A model generated the notes under the pieces. The model saw only the letters and a program-made list of their open reading frames with translations, was not told the DNA's origin and did no database searches. Shown here in pieces: positions 20,248 to 30,048 of a DNA stretch of 64,000 bases. Source of the stretch: an uncultured virus (IMG/VR IMGVR_UViG_3300008448_009590) (lineage: Duplodnaviria; Heunggongvirae; Uroviricota; Caudoviricetes); the IMG/VR virus record IMGVR_UViG_3300008448_009590; one strand, given 5' to 3'. A program made the position numbers and the translations under genes. The stretch's first letter is position 1. The number at the start of each line of letters is the position of its first letter.

Positions 20248-23200
20248 ATGCCTACTTCACTAATACCAATTATTGCCAGAACTAACACTATCGATGAGTG
20301 GAGAATTCAAACTAATAAATCTGCTACAGATTTAAATGATCTTGGATTCTACACCTACGATAAAGCTCAAGGCACATTACTACTCTCGGGTACCTCCCTA
20401 TTAAGTATAACAGCTGAAGGAACACCGTTACAAGTAGCTAACAATGTTTTATTTCAAAGTAGTTTGACTCTTGGTAATACTCTTTTCTTAGGCATTCAAT
20501 CTTCAGCAACTGGTAATATTATTGCTGGTGGAACAATATCAGTTAGGGGTCCAGGACAATCTCTAAACGTGGCGAATAGTGTTTACGTGGGTAGAGACCT
20601 GCAAATTGTTCAAAATGTTTATACCAGTAATGTTATTGTAAATACTGACATAACCATAGCAAATAATTTAACTGTAACAACAGGAAAATTACGATTGAAT
20701 GGATCTGGAAATGTATCCTATATTAATACAGGTTCTTCTTTTACTAAAACGCTATATTCCGATCAAGTATATTCAACAAATGTAAGCACTGCAAACCTAT
20801 ATGCTTTATATGCTAAAGTTGATGTTTTAGATGATTTGTCTTTTGCTAGAATTATTACTTTAGATAATACTACTACAAATTCTCATATATTAAAAACTAA
20901 TGCCGCTACTTCAAATTTTTTAACAACTAAAAATTTAATAGCCAATGTAACAGCGAACATTGTAAATTTAGAATCGAATGTTGCTGTAATTAACGTAGCA
21001 ACAATAATTGATGGTAATGTAGTATCTCTAGTTTCAAACAATTCTACAATAAACATTTCTACCGTAAATACTTCTACGATATTGACTGGTAATGTAGTTT
21101 CATTAGTTTCAAACAATTCTATTTTAAATAATTCCACTGTAAATACATCTACGGTGTTGGTTGGTAATGTAGTAACACTTACTTCAAATAGTTCTACTAT
21201 AAATGTTGCTAGTATCAATTTAGCTTCGATTAATACTTTAACGACATGGAATATAACTTCCACAAATAGAATTACAGGAAATAGTATTGTAACAAATAAT
21301 ATCGTTTCTTCTACAATTAATACATCTATTTTAAATGTCACATCAAACTTATGGATGAGTACTGGTTCTTTAACAAGAATTTTTGCACCGAATGATCAGC
21401 ACGAATCTTTGACTGTTGATGGTAAAACTACTTTAAGAACTGCATTAATTACTAGTAATTTAACTGTTGAAGGAACTTGGACAGCTCTAGGTGATATTGA
21501 GTATGAAGTTGGTGAAATAATTTTAAATAAGAGAACACCAACAAACGCTGAAGCGACATTTAGAAATGAAAGACCTATAGGTGATGATGCGTTAATTAGA
21601 TGGAATGAAGCTGATGATAGATGGACTATTTCGAGAGGAAATACATATTCTTCCCTCTATGGAATTTTGGATGATAGTTTCTTAAGTTCATCAATAAACA
21701 GCACAAGTACTTCAAATGTTGCAACTTCTTTAGCTGTGAATACAGCCCATTTTGTTGCACAGACTTCGGGTATGTACGCTAACTCAGCATTTGCCGCACA
21801 GAATACAACAGGTAGTTATGCTAACTCAGCTTATGCTCAAGCAAATTTAGCATTTACCGCGGGAGGTGTTATAGCTGGAAGTTATGCCAATTCGGCTTAT
21901 CATACAGCTAATAGTGGATCATCATATGCGAATTCAGCTTTCACCCATGCAAATTCATCATTCATTCAAGCCAACACACCATCGCATGTAGCAAATTCTG
22001 CAGCACTTTATGCAAATGGTGCGTTCTTAAGGGCAAATACACCAACACATGTTGCAAACTCCGCGTCACTTTATGCCAATGCGGCTTTCTCTAAAGCCAA
22101 TACAGTTGCTACTGATTTAAATGACGTTGCTATTTCTACGGCTACAGCTGTACATACTTCAAGTTCTGCATCATTATATGCTAATGGAGCTTTCGCTAAA
22201 GCTAATAATTCTTCAGACGCTGTAGCTTTAGATAAAGCTACTTCTGGATCTGCATATGCTAACTCTGCATTTGCAGCAGCTAATAATGCTGTGCAGAAAG
22301 TTGCTCCTACACAGACGATTACTGGTGATCTTACTATAACCCGTAGATTAAATACTGCAAATCTTCAATTTGACGGAGATAGTGCTAGATATTTTGGTTC
22401 CAATTTTGTATTTAATTCGGATTTAAATCCAAATACATCTCCAGGTGAAAATGCTGCTATACAAGTTTATCGAGGAACTAATGCCTCTCCTGCTACATTC
22501 CAATGGAATGAAACATTAGATAAGTGGCAATTTGAAGATGGTGTAAATGGTTTACATAATTTGGAAGAATTTGCCAATAAAGCAAATAATATTACTGGTG
22601 GTGCAACTAATAAAATTCCATATCAAACAAACACTAGTGCAACACAATTCATTGATGCTCCTGCTGTTGCTAATCGTTTCTTAAAGTGGACAGGAACCGA
22701 GTTTACTTGGGCGGATGTTCCTGCTGCTGATTTAAATAATTTAAATGCTACCAATTTAACTTCTGGTACTGTGCCGAGTGGTAGACTAACCGGTACTTAT
22801 AGTATAAACATCAATGGAACAGCATCATCAGCATGTACTGCAACTACTGCTAGTTCGGCAACTAGTGCTACAAATGCTACAAATGTTATTGATGGTGGAA
22901 CTGTTCACACAAACACTATAAGATGTGATGATTTTGCAAATTTCTATTCGAACGTATTTTTTAGAAGTGGTGGAACAACAACGTCTAGAACTGACCCAAG
23001 TAATTTAGCTGCTTTAAAAGTTACTGGTGATGTTGCTGTTTCTAATGAAGTTTGGGCACTTCAGTTTCAAGGTGTCGCAGTGCGAGCCCTTTACGCTGAC
23101 TTGGCTGAAAAATATTTGTCCGATAAAAAATATCCTACAGGTACCATAATGATGGTTGGTGGCAAAAAAGAAGTTACTGCAGCAAAAGACACCAAAAAAC

Positions 23201-23460
23201 ACGCTATCATCGGAATCGTATCGGAGAAACCAGCATACGTAATGAATAATGACTTGAAAAATGGTTTAATAGTTGGACTTAAAGGTCGATTACCTGTTAG
23301 AATAATTGGTACTTGTGAAAAGGGTGATTTAATTACTGTATCTGAAAAGTCTGGTGTAGGTATTTCTATAAAAGAAAATGTAATTTTACCATTTAGAATT
23401 ATTGCTTTAGAAAATAAAGAAACTGAAGAAGAAGGTTTAATAGAAGTAGTTATTATGTAA
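20248..23460 (+). CDS. Tail fibre protein with C-terminal chaperone/autocleavage-like domain
   Basis: N-terminal TNTIDEWRIQTN, beta-rich repeats, YANSAF repeats, C-terminal YADLAEKY..IGIVSEKPAYVMN..VGLKGRLPVRIIG..KGDLI. Confidence 0.75.
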   Translation: MPTSLIPIIARTNTIDEWRIQTNKSATDLNDLGFYTYDKAQGTLLLSGTSLLSITAEGTPLQVANNVLFQSSLTLGNTLFLGIQSSATGNIIAGGTISVRGPGQSLNVANSVYVGRDLQIVQNVYTSNVIVNTDITIANNLTVTTGKLRLNGSGNVSYINTGSSFTKTLYSDQVYSTNVSTANLYALYAKVDVLDDLSFARIITLDNTTTNSHILKTNAATSNFLTTKNLIANVTANIVNLESNVAVINVATIIDGNVVSLVSNNSTINISTVNTSTILTGNVVSLVSNNSILNNSTVNTSTVLVGNVVTLTSNSSTINVASINLASINTLTTWNITSTNRITGNSIVTNNIVSSTINTSILNVTSNLWMSTGSLTRIFAPNDQHESLTVDGKTTLRTALITSNLTVEGTWTALGDIEYEVGEIILNKRTPTNAEATFRNERPIGDDALIRWNEADDRWTISRGNTYSSLYGILDDSFLSSSINSTSTSNVATSLAVNTAHFVAQTSGMYANSAFAAQNTTGSYANSAYAQANLAFTAGGVIAGSYANSAYHTANSGSSYANSAFTHANSSFIQANTPSHVANSAALYANGAFLRANTPTHVANSASLYANAAFSKANTVATDLNDVAISTATAVHTSSSASLYANGAFAKANNSSDAVALDKATSGSAYANSAFAAANNAVQKVAPTQTITGDLTITRRLNTANLQFDGDSARYFGSNFVFNSDLNPNTSPGENAAIQVYRGTNASPATFQWNETLDKWQFEDGVNGLHNLEEFANKANNITGGATNKIPYQTNTSATQFIDAPAVANRFLKWTGTEFTWADVPAADLNNLNATNLTSGTVPSGRLTGTYSININGTASSACTATTASSATSATNATNVIDGGTVHTNTIRCDDFANFYSNVFFRSGGTTTSRTDPSNLAALKVTGDVAVSNEVWALQFQGVAVRALYADLAEKYLSDKKYPTGTIMMVGGKKEVTAAKDTKKHAIIGIVSEKPAYVMNNDLKNGLIVGLKGRLPVRIIGTCEKGDLITVSEKSGVGISIKENVILPFRIIALENKETEEEGLIEVVIM
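21013..21237 (+). repeat. Three degenerate 75-bp (25-aa) tandem repeats in the fibre gene
   Basis: GGTAATGTAGT recurs at 21013, 21088 and 21163 (GNVVSLVSNNS..N.STVNTST). Confidence 0.8.
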
Positions 23461-23463
23461 ATT

Positions 23464-24198
23464 ATGATTGGAATTATTGGTTATGGAATGGTTGGACAAG
23501 CCGTTGAATACGGCTTTTCCAAAACCCAAGTTTTCGTTTGTGATCCGAAATATAATCACGTAACGGTCAAAGGCCTCTGTTTATTAAATCCAGAGGCAAT
23601 ATTCGTTTGTGTCCCCACACCAACAGACGATACTAATTATTCATTGGTTACTTCAGTATTGAATGAAATTTTCGAGATGAACTATCAGGGAATAGTTATA
23701 GTAAAGTCCACAATTTTGCCGCAATATCTTGAAAAATATGATATTGTGTATAACCCAGAATTTCTATCAAGATCAACCTCGAAAGAAGATTTTGTAAATC
23801 CACACTTATTAATACTTTCTGGTAAAAAATCTCAACAGGCTTTGGAACTTTATAAAAAACATTCTACCGTAGATACTGAAAATATTTTTGTAACAGATAT
23901 TAATACAGCATCATTTATAAAATACACCATGAATTCCTTTTATGCAACTAAGGTAACTTTTATGAACTCTATGTATGAGGTTGCTAAAAAAATGGGTGTC
24001 GATTATAATGAAGCTATAACTGTTCTCTCTAAACATCCATGGATGGGATCCAATCATTTCAAAGTACCTGGTCCTGATGGTAAAAAAGGATTTGGTGGGC
24101 CTTGTTTACCAAAAGACACAGAGTGTTTAGTTAAAAATTATGATGTTGAAATACTTAAAAAAGTTTTGGAATTAAATCAAAAGTTTAGAAATGAATAA
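23464..24198 (+). CDS. ugd: UDP-glucose/GDP-mannose dehydrogenase family protein, short form
   Basis: GIIGYGMVG, FVCVPTP, IVKST, YNPEFL, KY..NSFYATKV.F.N, catalytic GFGGPCLPKD. Confidence 0.88.
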   Translation: MIGIIGYGMVGQAVEYGFSKTQVFVCDPKYNHVTVKGLCLLNPEAIFVCVPTPTDDTNYSLVTSVLNEIFEMNYQGIVIVKSTILPQYLEKYDIVYNPEFLSRSTSKEDFVNPHLLILSGKKSQQALELYKKHSTVDTENIFVTDINTASFIKYTMNSFYATKVTFMNSMYEVAKKMGVDYNEAITVLSKHPWMGSNHFKVPGPDGKKGFGGPCLPKDTECLVKNYDVEILKKVLELNQKFRNE

Positions 24199-24203
24199 GT
24201 TTG

Positions 24204-24253
24204 TTGAACAGTTTTGTCAAACACTATATATTAGTACGTCTTTGGTTTAAATA
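24204..24253 (+). promoter_or_regulatory. Putative promoter region for the radical SAM operon (sigma70-like and late-like motifs)
   Basis: TTGAAC (24204-24209), 17-nt spacer, TATATT (24227-24232); TTTAAATA at 24246-24253; SD AGGAG before ATG 24267. Confidence 0.4.
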
Positions 24254-24266
24254 AAAAGGAGAAAAA

Positions 24267-25373
24267 ATGGTAGTAGATATAAACGTAACAAGTATCTGCA
24301 ATTTAGCTTGCACATATTGTTCCGAAGGTTTTGAATGTGGACTATCTACCGAGTTTGAAGAAAATACTTCTTTGACATTAGATAATGTTGAAGAATTTAT
24401 GGCTAAAATTTCTGATCCCAAAAAAGATGTTTATTTCTGGGGTGGTGAACCATTTGTTAATTGGGATTTTTGTAAAGGTGTCATAGAAAAATTTAAACAT
24501 GATCCTGGTTTTTCTTTTTTCTTTTATACAAATGGAACGTATTTAAAGAGATATTTAAAAGATTTGGTTAGAATTCACAATGAGATTCCCGGTAGATTAA
24601 AGTTGCAGGTTTCATATGATGGAAAGCCTGTAAACGACATCGCCAGAGTGACTAAATCTGGTACTCCATCGTCAGCAATGGTCAAAGCAAACTATATTGC
24701 AGCTAAAGAAGCTGGATTGAATGTTTCACTGAAATCTGTACTAACGTCTGAAAATTTCCACTTAATCTATGAAGCCTTTTTGGATGTCATAGAAATGGAT
24801 AAAAATTATTTTCCAACACCAGATTTATACAGCCAATTGACAGAAGAAGAATTTATGCCTAAATTGGAAGTATTAAAGGATGGATTGAAGAAAATTGCTA
24901 AACATATTTACGAAAATAAATTACCTCCTGAGAAGTTTGGATGGTTCCAACAATCTAGAGCTCTATGTGCAGCAGGTATAAATTACGTAAGTGTTGATTT
25001 AAACGGCGATTTGAGTCCTTGCCATGGATGCATGTACAAAGAATCGCATTCACATAAATTAGGAAATATTTTTAAAGTTGCAGATTTGGATCAGTTGATT
25101 GAAGAAAAATCTCAAATGTATAAGGATGCGTTGAAGAATCAACCTTTAGATTGTATGAACTGTGACAGTCAATTCTGTATGAAATGTAATGCGGCAACTT
25201 ATGAAAAATCAGAAAAAGAAACATATCTAGAAAAATGGAGTGATCATACAGCAAATTGGCAAGTCTGTAAAGTATTTAAGACAAACGAGATAGTACATCA
25301 CGCATTAAGAACTGCACTAAAGAGTTATAAAAAGCCTGTAATTAAAATTCAGGCTGAACAGTGTACAGTATAA
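24267..25373 (+). CDS. Radical SAM enzyme 1 with SPASM-type C-terminus
   Basis: CNLACTYC, FWGGEPF, YTNG, VSYDG; C-terminal CAAG..PCHGC..CMNCDSQFCMKC..C. Confidence 0.92.
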   Translation: MVVDINVTSICNLACTYCSEGFECGLSTEFEENTSLTLDNVEEFMAKISDPKKDVYFWGGEPFVNWDFCKGVIEKFKHDPGFSFFFYTNGTYLKRYLKDLVRIHNEIPGRLKLQVSYDGKPVNDIARVTKSGTPSSAMVKANYIAAKEAGLNVSLKSVLTSENFHLIYEAFLDVIEMDKNYFPTPDLYSQLTEEEFMPKLEVLKDGLKKIAKHIYENKLPPEKFGWFQQSRALCAAGINYVSVDLNGDLSPCHGCMYKESHSHKLGNIFKVADLDQLIEEKSQMYKDALKNQPLDCMNCDSQFCMKCNAATYEKSEKETYLEKWSDHTANWQVCKVFKTNEIVHHALRTALKSYKKPVIKIQAEQCTV

Positions 25374-25382
25374 GGATAATAA

Positions 25383-26507
25383 ATGTTTACATTAGAAGTA
25401 AGTGTTACTGAAAAGTGTAATCTAGGTTGTCCGTATTGTTATGTGGCAAACAGACCAACTTGGATGACGAAAGAAGTTTTTGATCAGGGTATGAAAGACC
25501 TGCCAAAATTAATGCAAAGGTCCGGTGATAAAGATTATCATGTAAGTTTTTTTGGTGGTGAACCTTTATTAAATTGGGACCTAATAACTCACGCTGTTCC
25601 TTATTTAAGATCGGATGATAAATGTAAAGGTATTAATATCATCACAAATTTAACGATGATTGATCAAGATAAAGCTAATTATTTGAGAAATAATGGTGTT
25701 GGCGTTTCTTGGTCTTTTGATGGTATGAGTTCTAATGAGAGTAGACCTTTACTTCCACTTTTGGAAAATACTAATCCAGAAACAGGCGAATTGTTTGATG
25801 GTATACTTTCGATGTATGAATATAAGAAAGATATCATAAAGAATTTGACAAACGGATGTAAGGTCATGATATGGCCAGGAAATACAAAAGACATGAAAGA
25901 GAATTTTGAATTTCTCTTAGATTGGGGTATAGATCATCCCGATTTTAGTATTGTTCGTGATGATGTTTGGACAGAAGATGATATAATACAGTTTAGATAT
26001 GAATGTGAAAGACTTGCAGATTTTTGGATAGAAAAGATAAAATCTGGTAAACCATGTTCAGTAGGATTTTTAAAACTAGCTATTTTAGATATTCTCTATG
26101 GTTTAGTGAAAGGTAAAAGACCTTTTGGTTGTTTTGCTGGAACTAATGGTGGAGTATTGATGAGTTCTGGGGAATTCTACCCTTGCGCTAGGTTTGCATC
26201 CAAAAAAATTATGAAAATGGATGAACAGTATAATTTTAGGTACTATCAAGACATTTTTAATCCAAAAAATTATGATAAATGTGAACCGTGTGATTTGAAA
26301 CAGGTGTGTAATGCCGGTTGTACATATTCTCAAATTATGAATGATAATAAACCATTAGATAGTATTTGTGAATTGTTCCACATATATTATGAACAAGCAA
26401 TGCGAGTGGTAGATGAGTGTAAAGACGAAAGAGTTTTCCAAGATTTGGTTTTAAATTATATCGAAAATGTTGGTGTTGAAAATGAAGGTGTGGAGTGTAG
26501 GAACTAA
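25383..26507 (+). CDS. Radical SAM enzyme 2 with SPASM domain
   Basis: CNLGCPYC, FFGGEPLL, SFDG; CFAG..GEFYPC..CEPCDLKQVCNAGC..C. Confidence 0.93.
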   Translation: MFTLEVSVTEKCNLGCPYCYVANRPTWMTKEVFDQGMKDLPKLMQRSGDKDYHVSFFGGEPLLNWDLITHAVPYLRSDDKCKGINIITNLTMIDQDKANYLRNNGVGVSWSFDGMSSNESRPLLPLLENTNPETGELFDGILSMYEYKKDIIKNLTNGCKVMIWPGNTKDMKENFEFLLDWGIDHPDFSIVRDDVWTEDDIIQFRYECERLADFWIEKIKSGKPCSVGFLKLAILDILYGLVKGKRPFGCFAGTNGGVLMSSGEFYPCARFASKKIMKMDEQYNFRYYQDIFNPKNYDKCEPCDLKQVCNAGCTYSQIMNDNKPLDSICELFHIYYEQAMRVVDECKDERVFQDLVLNYIENVGVENEGVECRN

Positions 26508-26508
26508 C

Positions 26509-27357
26509 ATGAAAATTGTTTCTTGCACCAGTCAAGATAAAATTCTTAGAATTAACTGGCATATATTAAATTGGTGTAATTTAAAATGTTCCTACTGTAA
26601 TGTAAAGGAACATTTGAGTTATGATTATAATGATAATACTCAAATTTCAAATAATTATAAATTGATTATAAGTAGATTAAAAACTATTTCTAAACCTTTT
26701 GAGATTTGTTTGACTGGTGGGGAACCAACATTACATCCCAATATCGAAGATATATTAAGTGGATTAAATGAAATTGAAAATTTAACTAAAATTTATTTTT
26801 TTACTAACTTAACTAGATCAGAAAATTTTTATAAAAATATAAAAAGTTTTTCGAAAGTTACATATTACGCATCCTTTCACCCCGAATATCACAAAGAAGA
26901 TTTTTTAGATAAGTGTAAAAATCTAAACTGTGAGGTTCATATAAGTATGATGCCTGAATATAAAAATTACATTTTAAAAATTATTGATAAGTGTAAGTTG
27001 GAGGATATAAAATTTACATTAAATTTTTTAAGAGACACAAAATATTATTCAAGTAATTTAGAAGAAGATTTTTTCGTAGAAGCTTCTACTGCTGAATCTA
27101 TGATTGATATGGATGTTTTATATGATAATGGCTTTCGAGAAAATACTACAAATTTAAGATTATTATACGATAAAAAAAATAATTTCAAAGGCTATAAATG
27201 TTTACCGGAATCTTTTCAAATAGAATTAAATAATGTAGTTAAAAATGTTTGCACTAACGAAATTATGCCATTATCTTTAAAAGATATTACGAAAAAGGTT
27301 ATTTGTCCAAAAGAAGTTTGTGAAGGTGGACTTATGATGTATCCTAAGGAAATTTAA
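26509..27357 (+). CDS. Radical SAM enzyme 3 (short, Cys-containing C-terminus)
   Basis: CNLKCSYC, LTGGEPTLHP, FTN, ASFHPE; FKGYKC..C..CPKEVC. Start set at ATG 26509, just after the upstream stop. Confidence 0.9.
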   Translation: MKIVSCTSQDKILRINWHILNWCNLKCSYCNVKEHLSYDYNDNTQISNNYKLIISRLKTISKPFEICLTGGEPTLHPNIEDILSGLNEIENLTKIYFFTNLTRSENFYKNIKSFSKVTYYASFHPEYHKEDFLDKCKNLNCEVHISMMPEYKNYILKIIDKCKLEDIKFTLNFLRDTKYYSSNLEEDFFVEASTAESMIDMDVLYDNGFRENTTNLRLLYDKKNNFKGYKCLPESFQIELNNVVKNVCTNEIMPLSLKDITKKVICPKEVCEGGLMMYPKEI

Positions 27358-27686
27358 TGAAGAAAAATTTTAAAAGTATTGTATCTATACCTATTAAAGT
27401 TGAGATGCAACCAGTTGAACATCAAAGCAATAAAGTTTTGACTGTTGATGATTTGTCGAAACAAATAGAAGAAGCTAAAAAGGGAAAAGCCAAAGTCGAT
27501 AGTAAGTATGTAGGATTTGAACTGACTGAGAGAGGACATTTATTCGAATATAAATTTGATTATGTTAAATTTTTGGACAATATGTCATTCATAATCAAAA
27601 CGGCAAAACAGCGTAAAGAAATGAATCCTAATAATGTCTATACAATGGATAAAACTAAAAGTGCTAGACGAAAAAAAGAAATATGA
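27357..27686 (+). CDS. Hypothetical protein
   Basis: 109-aa basic ORF coupled at both ends (TAATG and ATGA overlaps). Confidence 0.65.
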   Translation: MKKNFKSIVSIPIKVEMQPVEHQSNKVLTVDDLSKQIEEAKKGKAKVDSKYVGFELTERGHLFEYKFDYVKFLDNMSFIIKTAKQRKEMNPNNVYTMDKTKSARRKKEI

Positions 27687-28576
27687 ACGCCGAAACTTTC
27701 AAAAAAAAGTATCCTCAAATAAATTTTTATGTAGGACATGAAACGGATAAAACTGTAACTAAAGATTCGGGAGTAAATGTATTATATTTCACAAATAAAT
27801 GTAATTTAGCTTGTACATATTGTTATGAAGATTTGCCTGGTCGCCCTCCACAAATTTTGTCTAAAGAAGATATTAAAAAAAGTATCGATAGAGTTATAGA
27901 AAGAGAAGATCCCAATAGTCAAACATTATTTGTTCTTTTTGGTGGAGAAGCTACTATGGAATGGGATAATGTTTGTTATGCCATGAATTATGCCTATACA
28001 AAAAAGAAAAATGTTCATTTTAATTTAAACACAAATGGCATAAGATACCTAAAACAAAGTTTTATAGAGGAAACAAAAAACAATTTTTTTTATAAAAAAA
28101 ACTTGTTAAGTATAGACGTTAGTTTTGACGGTATAGGAAATTCGGATAGAGTCACACACGGCGGCAAGGATTCAACTAATTTAATGATCCAAGTTTTCAG
28201 AAATTTGAGAAAAAACGCAATGAAATTTAGGATAAGATACACCATACATCACAAAAACGTTCATAATTGCTATGAAGATATGTCCAATATTATTAGATAT
28301 TTTAAACCAACCCGTCTTATAACATCCGTTGCGTGGGAAACTCTCAATAAAATTCAAATTGACTTGCTCCAAAACATGAAAGAAAGTCTCAGGAAAGATT
28401 GGATAAATAGGATAATTGATGTTCCAGTTTGTGAGTTATTTTGTGACATGTGTGATGGATGTGGTGAGAGAAAGGAAGTAAAAACTTATTTTACTGACGA
28501 GGGTAATGTAACCACATATGGTAATTATGAGAACTCCCCGAAATTTCATGATTTTAAAGAAAAGGTAATAATATGA
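27683..28576 (+). CDS. Radical SAM enzyme 4
   Basis: CNLACTYCYE, LFGGEA, NTNG, VSFDG; C-terminal CELFCDMCDGC. Confidence 0.9.
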   Translation: MNAETFKKKYPQINFYVGHETDKTVTKDSGVNVLYFTNKCNLACTYCYEDLPGRPPQILSKEDIKKSIDRVIEREDPNSQTLFVLFGGEATMEWDNVCYAMNYAYTKKKNVHFNLNTNGIRYLKQSFIEETKNNFFYKKNLLSIDVSFDGIGNSDRVTHGGKDSTNLMIQVFRNLRKNAMKFRIRYTIHHKNVHNCYEDMSNIIRYFKPTRLITSVAWETLNKIQIDLLQNMKESLRKDWINRIIDVPVCELFCDMCDGCGERKEVKTYFTDEGNVTTYGNYENSPKFHDFKEKVII

Positions 28577-28965
28577 GCACTGATAGAGAAATTGTAATTG
28601 AAAAGTTAACGAGTATTTCACAAAATATTAAAGAGATATCGGAATATGATGAAGGCCTCGCCAACTTAATTTGGATAGGTTTTGACACAGCTATGAGTTT
28701 AGCACAATCTATTTCTGAAAATAATGAGAAAAAGGAACAAATTGATATTTCTGTTTACATTCAACAAATTTGTGATGCTTTGGGTGTTGATATTGAACAA
28801 ATGGTTTTATCAATTATTCAAAATAACAATACTCAAGAATCTAGTAATAAAGAGCCGGACTTGGAAACTTTAGACTTTATAACATCCGATCTTGATGACT
28901 ATGAAAAGTTTTTAGCAAAAAGTTCAGCAAAAAATAATTTAGATTTTTTATCAAAGGAAATATAA
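28573..28965 (+). CDS. Acidic helical hypothetical protein
   Basis: 130-aa ORF, ATGA-coupled to radical SAM 4 and ending 1 nt before the Cys-repeat gene. Confidence 0.65.
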   Translation: MSTDREIVIEKLTSISQNIKEISEYDEGLANLIWIGFDTAMSLAQSISENNEKKEQIDISVYIQQICDALGVDIEQMVLSIIQNNNTQESSNKEPDLETLDFITSDLDDYEKFLAKSSAKNNLDFLSKEI

Positions 28966-28966
28966 G

Positions 28967-29575
28967 ATGGCTTTAGGTAAAATGTTTGACACTACTCTTG
29001 GAGTAGGTACTAACACAACTCCTGCTGGTGAACATAAAAGGCTATCAATAACTATACAAGGAACTGTTGGTAGTAATGCAGTGAATTATGATCTTGCGAA
29101 TGTTGTAGCTGGAGAGGATTTAATAACTAGATCGTTTTTTCAATCGCTGCTTGATAAAGCAAAAGAAGAAAATACGAGAAGGGGAGGCAGCGCCACTAAA
29201 GGTTCGTTATCAACAACAAACATTAGAGCTGCCGACTTTAATAATATCCGAGCACTTTTTGCTGTTGCCGATTCTAGGACAAATCAAGTTTATAATGATT
29301 GGTCTGGTGCAAATGCTAATTTGCCTAATGGTCCGACAGTAAATAGTCCCACAATAACAACCTTTCCTACTACTGCTGCACCAACTGGTGTTCCAGCAGC
29401 AGTTACCACAGATCCAGCAACTCAAATTAGAGCTACAATTCTGAATTCTCTCATTAATGCTTTGAATTCTGCTGGGCAAGTTTGCACCTGTAATTGTAAT
29501 TATTGTACTTGTAATTGCAATTATTGTACATGTAACTGTAATTACGCATGTACCTGCAACTGTAATTACTCCTAA
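28967..29575 (+). CDS. Cys-rich repeat protein; candidate radical SAM substrate (RiPP-like precursor)
   Basis: SD AAGGA; 172-aa Cys-free T/A/N/G-rich N-terminus, then CTCNCNY x3, A, CTCNCNY, S, stop. The ORF is solid; the function is inferred from context. Confidence 0.75.
   Translation: MALGKMFDTTLGVGTNTTPAGEHKRLSITIQGTVGSNAVNYDLANVVAGEDLITRSFFQSLLDKAKEENTRRGGSATKGSLSTTNIRAADFNNIRALFAVADSRTNQVYNDWSGANANLPNGPTVNSPTITTFPTTAAPTGVPAAVTTDPATQIRATILNSLINALNSAGQVCTCNCNYCTCNCNYCTCNCNYACTCNCNYS
29483..29569 (+). repeat. Four 21-bp coding repeats encoding CTCNCNY
   Basis: tgcacctgtaattgtaattat / tgtacttgtaattgcaattat / tgtacatgtaactgtaattac / gca / tgtacctgcaactgtaattac; all differences between units are synonymous. 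Confidence 0.95.
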
Positions 29576-29586
29576 TTAAAAATATT

Positions 29587-30048
29587 ATGTTTTTTCAACT
29601 AAATCATTTAGAAGAAACCAATATGTCTTACATAAGACATTTTAATCATGGAATAAGATTGGGATCTTGGTTATTTTTGTGTTCCATCATTTTTTTAATT
29701 TATTGTCTTTTCTCTTTAAAATTTTTAGAAAACTTTGTGATAGCACGAATAAACACAATGTATCATGGATTAATGTTGCGATGGTTTGAAGATGAAACAT
29801 TTAATCGTGGAAAACCAGAAAAAGATGTTTTAGAAGAAAAGAAATATAAAAAGCAGTATGTAAAATTGATCGAAGATGGAATGATAAATCCTTTCAATAA
29901 AGTTAAAATATTTAATGGACTGTTAATTGCATCCATTACTAGTATAACACATTCTTTTATACCACAAATATTTGTGCATCATGCTGCCACCAATGTAATA
30001 AGATTATATTTTAATTATAAAATAATGGAGAAATTAAATGAAAAATGA
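29587..30048 (+). CDS. Hypothetical protein with hydrophobic segments (DUF6356-like, possibly duplicated)
   Basis: HLEETNMSYIRHF followed by a hydrophobic helix; second half LIASITSITHSFIPQIF..AAT resembles the same family, from memory. Confidence 0.45.
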   Translation: MFFQLNHLEETNMSYIRHFNHGIRLGSWLFLCSIIFLIYCLFSLKFLENFVIARINTMYHGLMLRWFEDETFNRGKPEKDVLEEKKYKKQYVKLIEDGMINPFNKVKIFNGLLIASITSITHSFIPQIFVHHAATNVIRLYFNYKIMEKLNEK

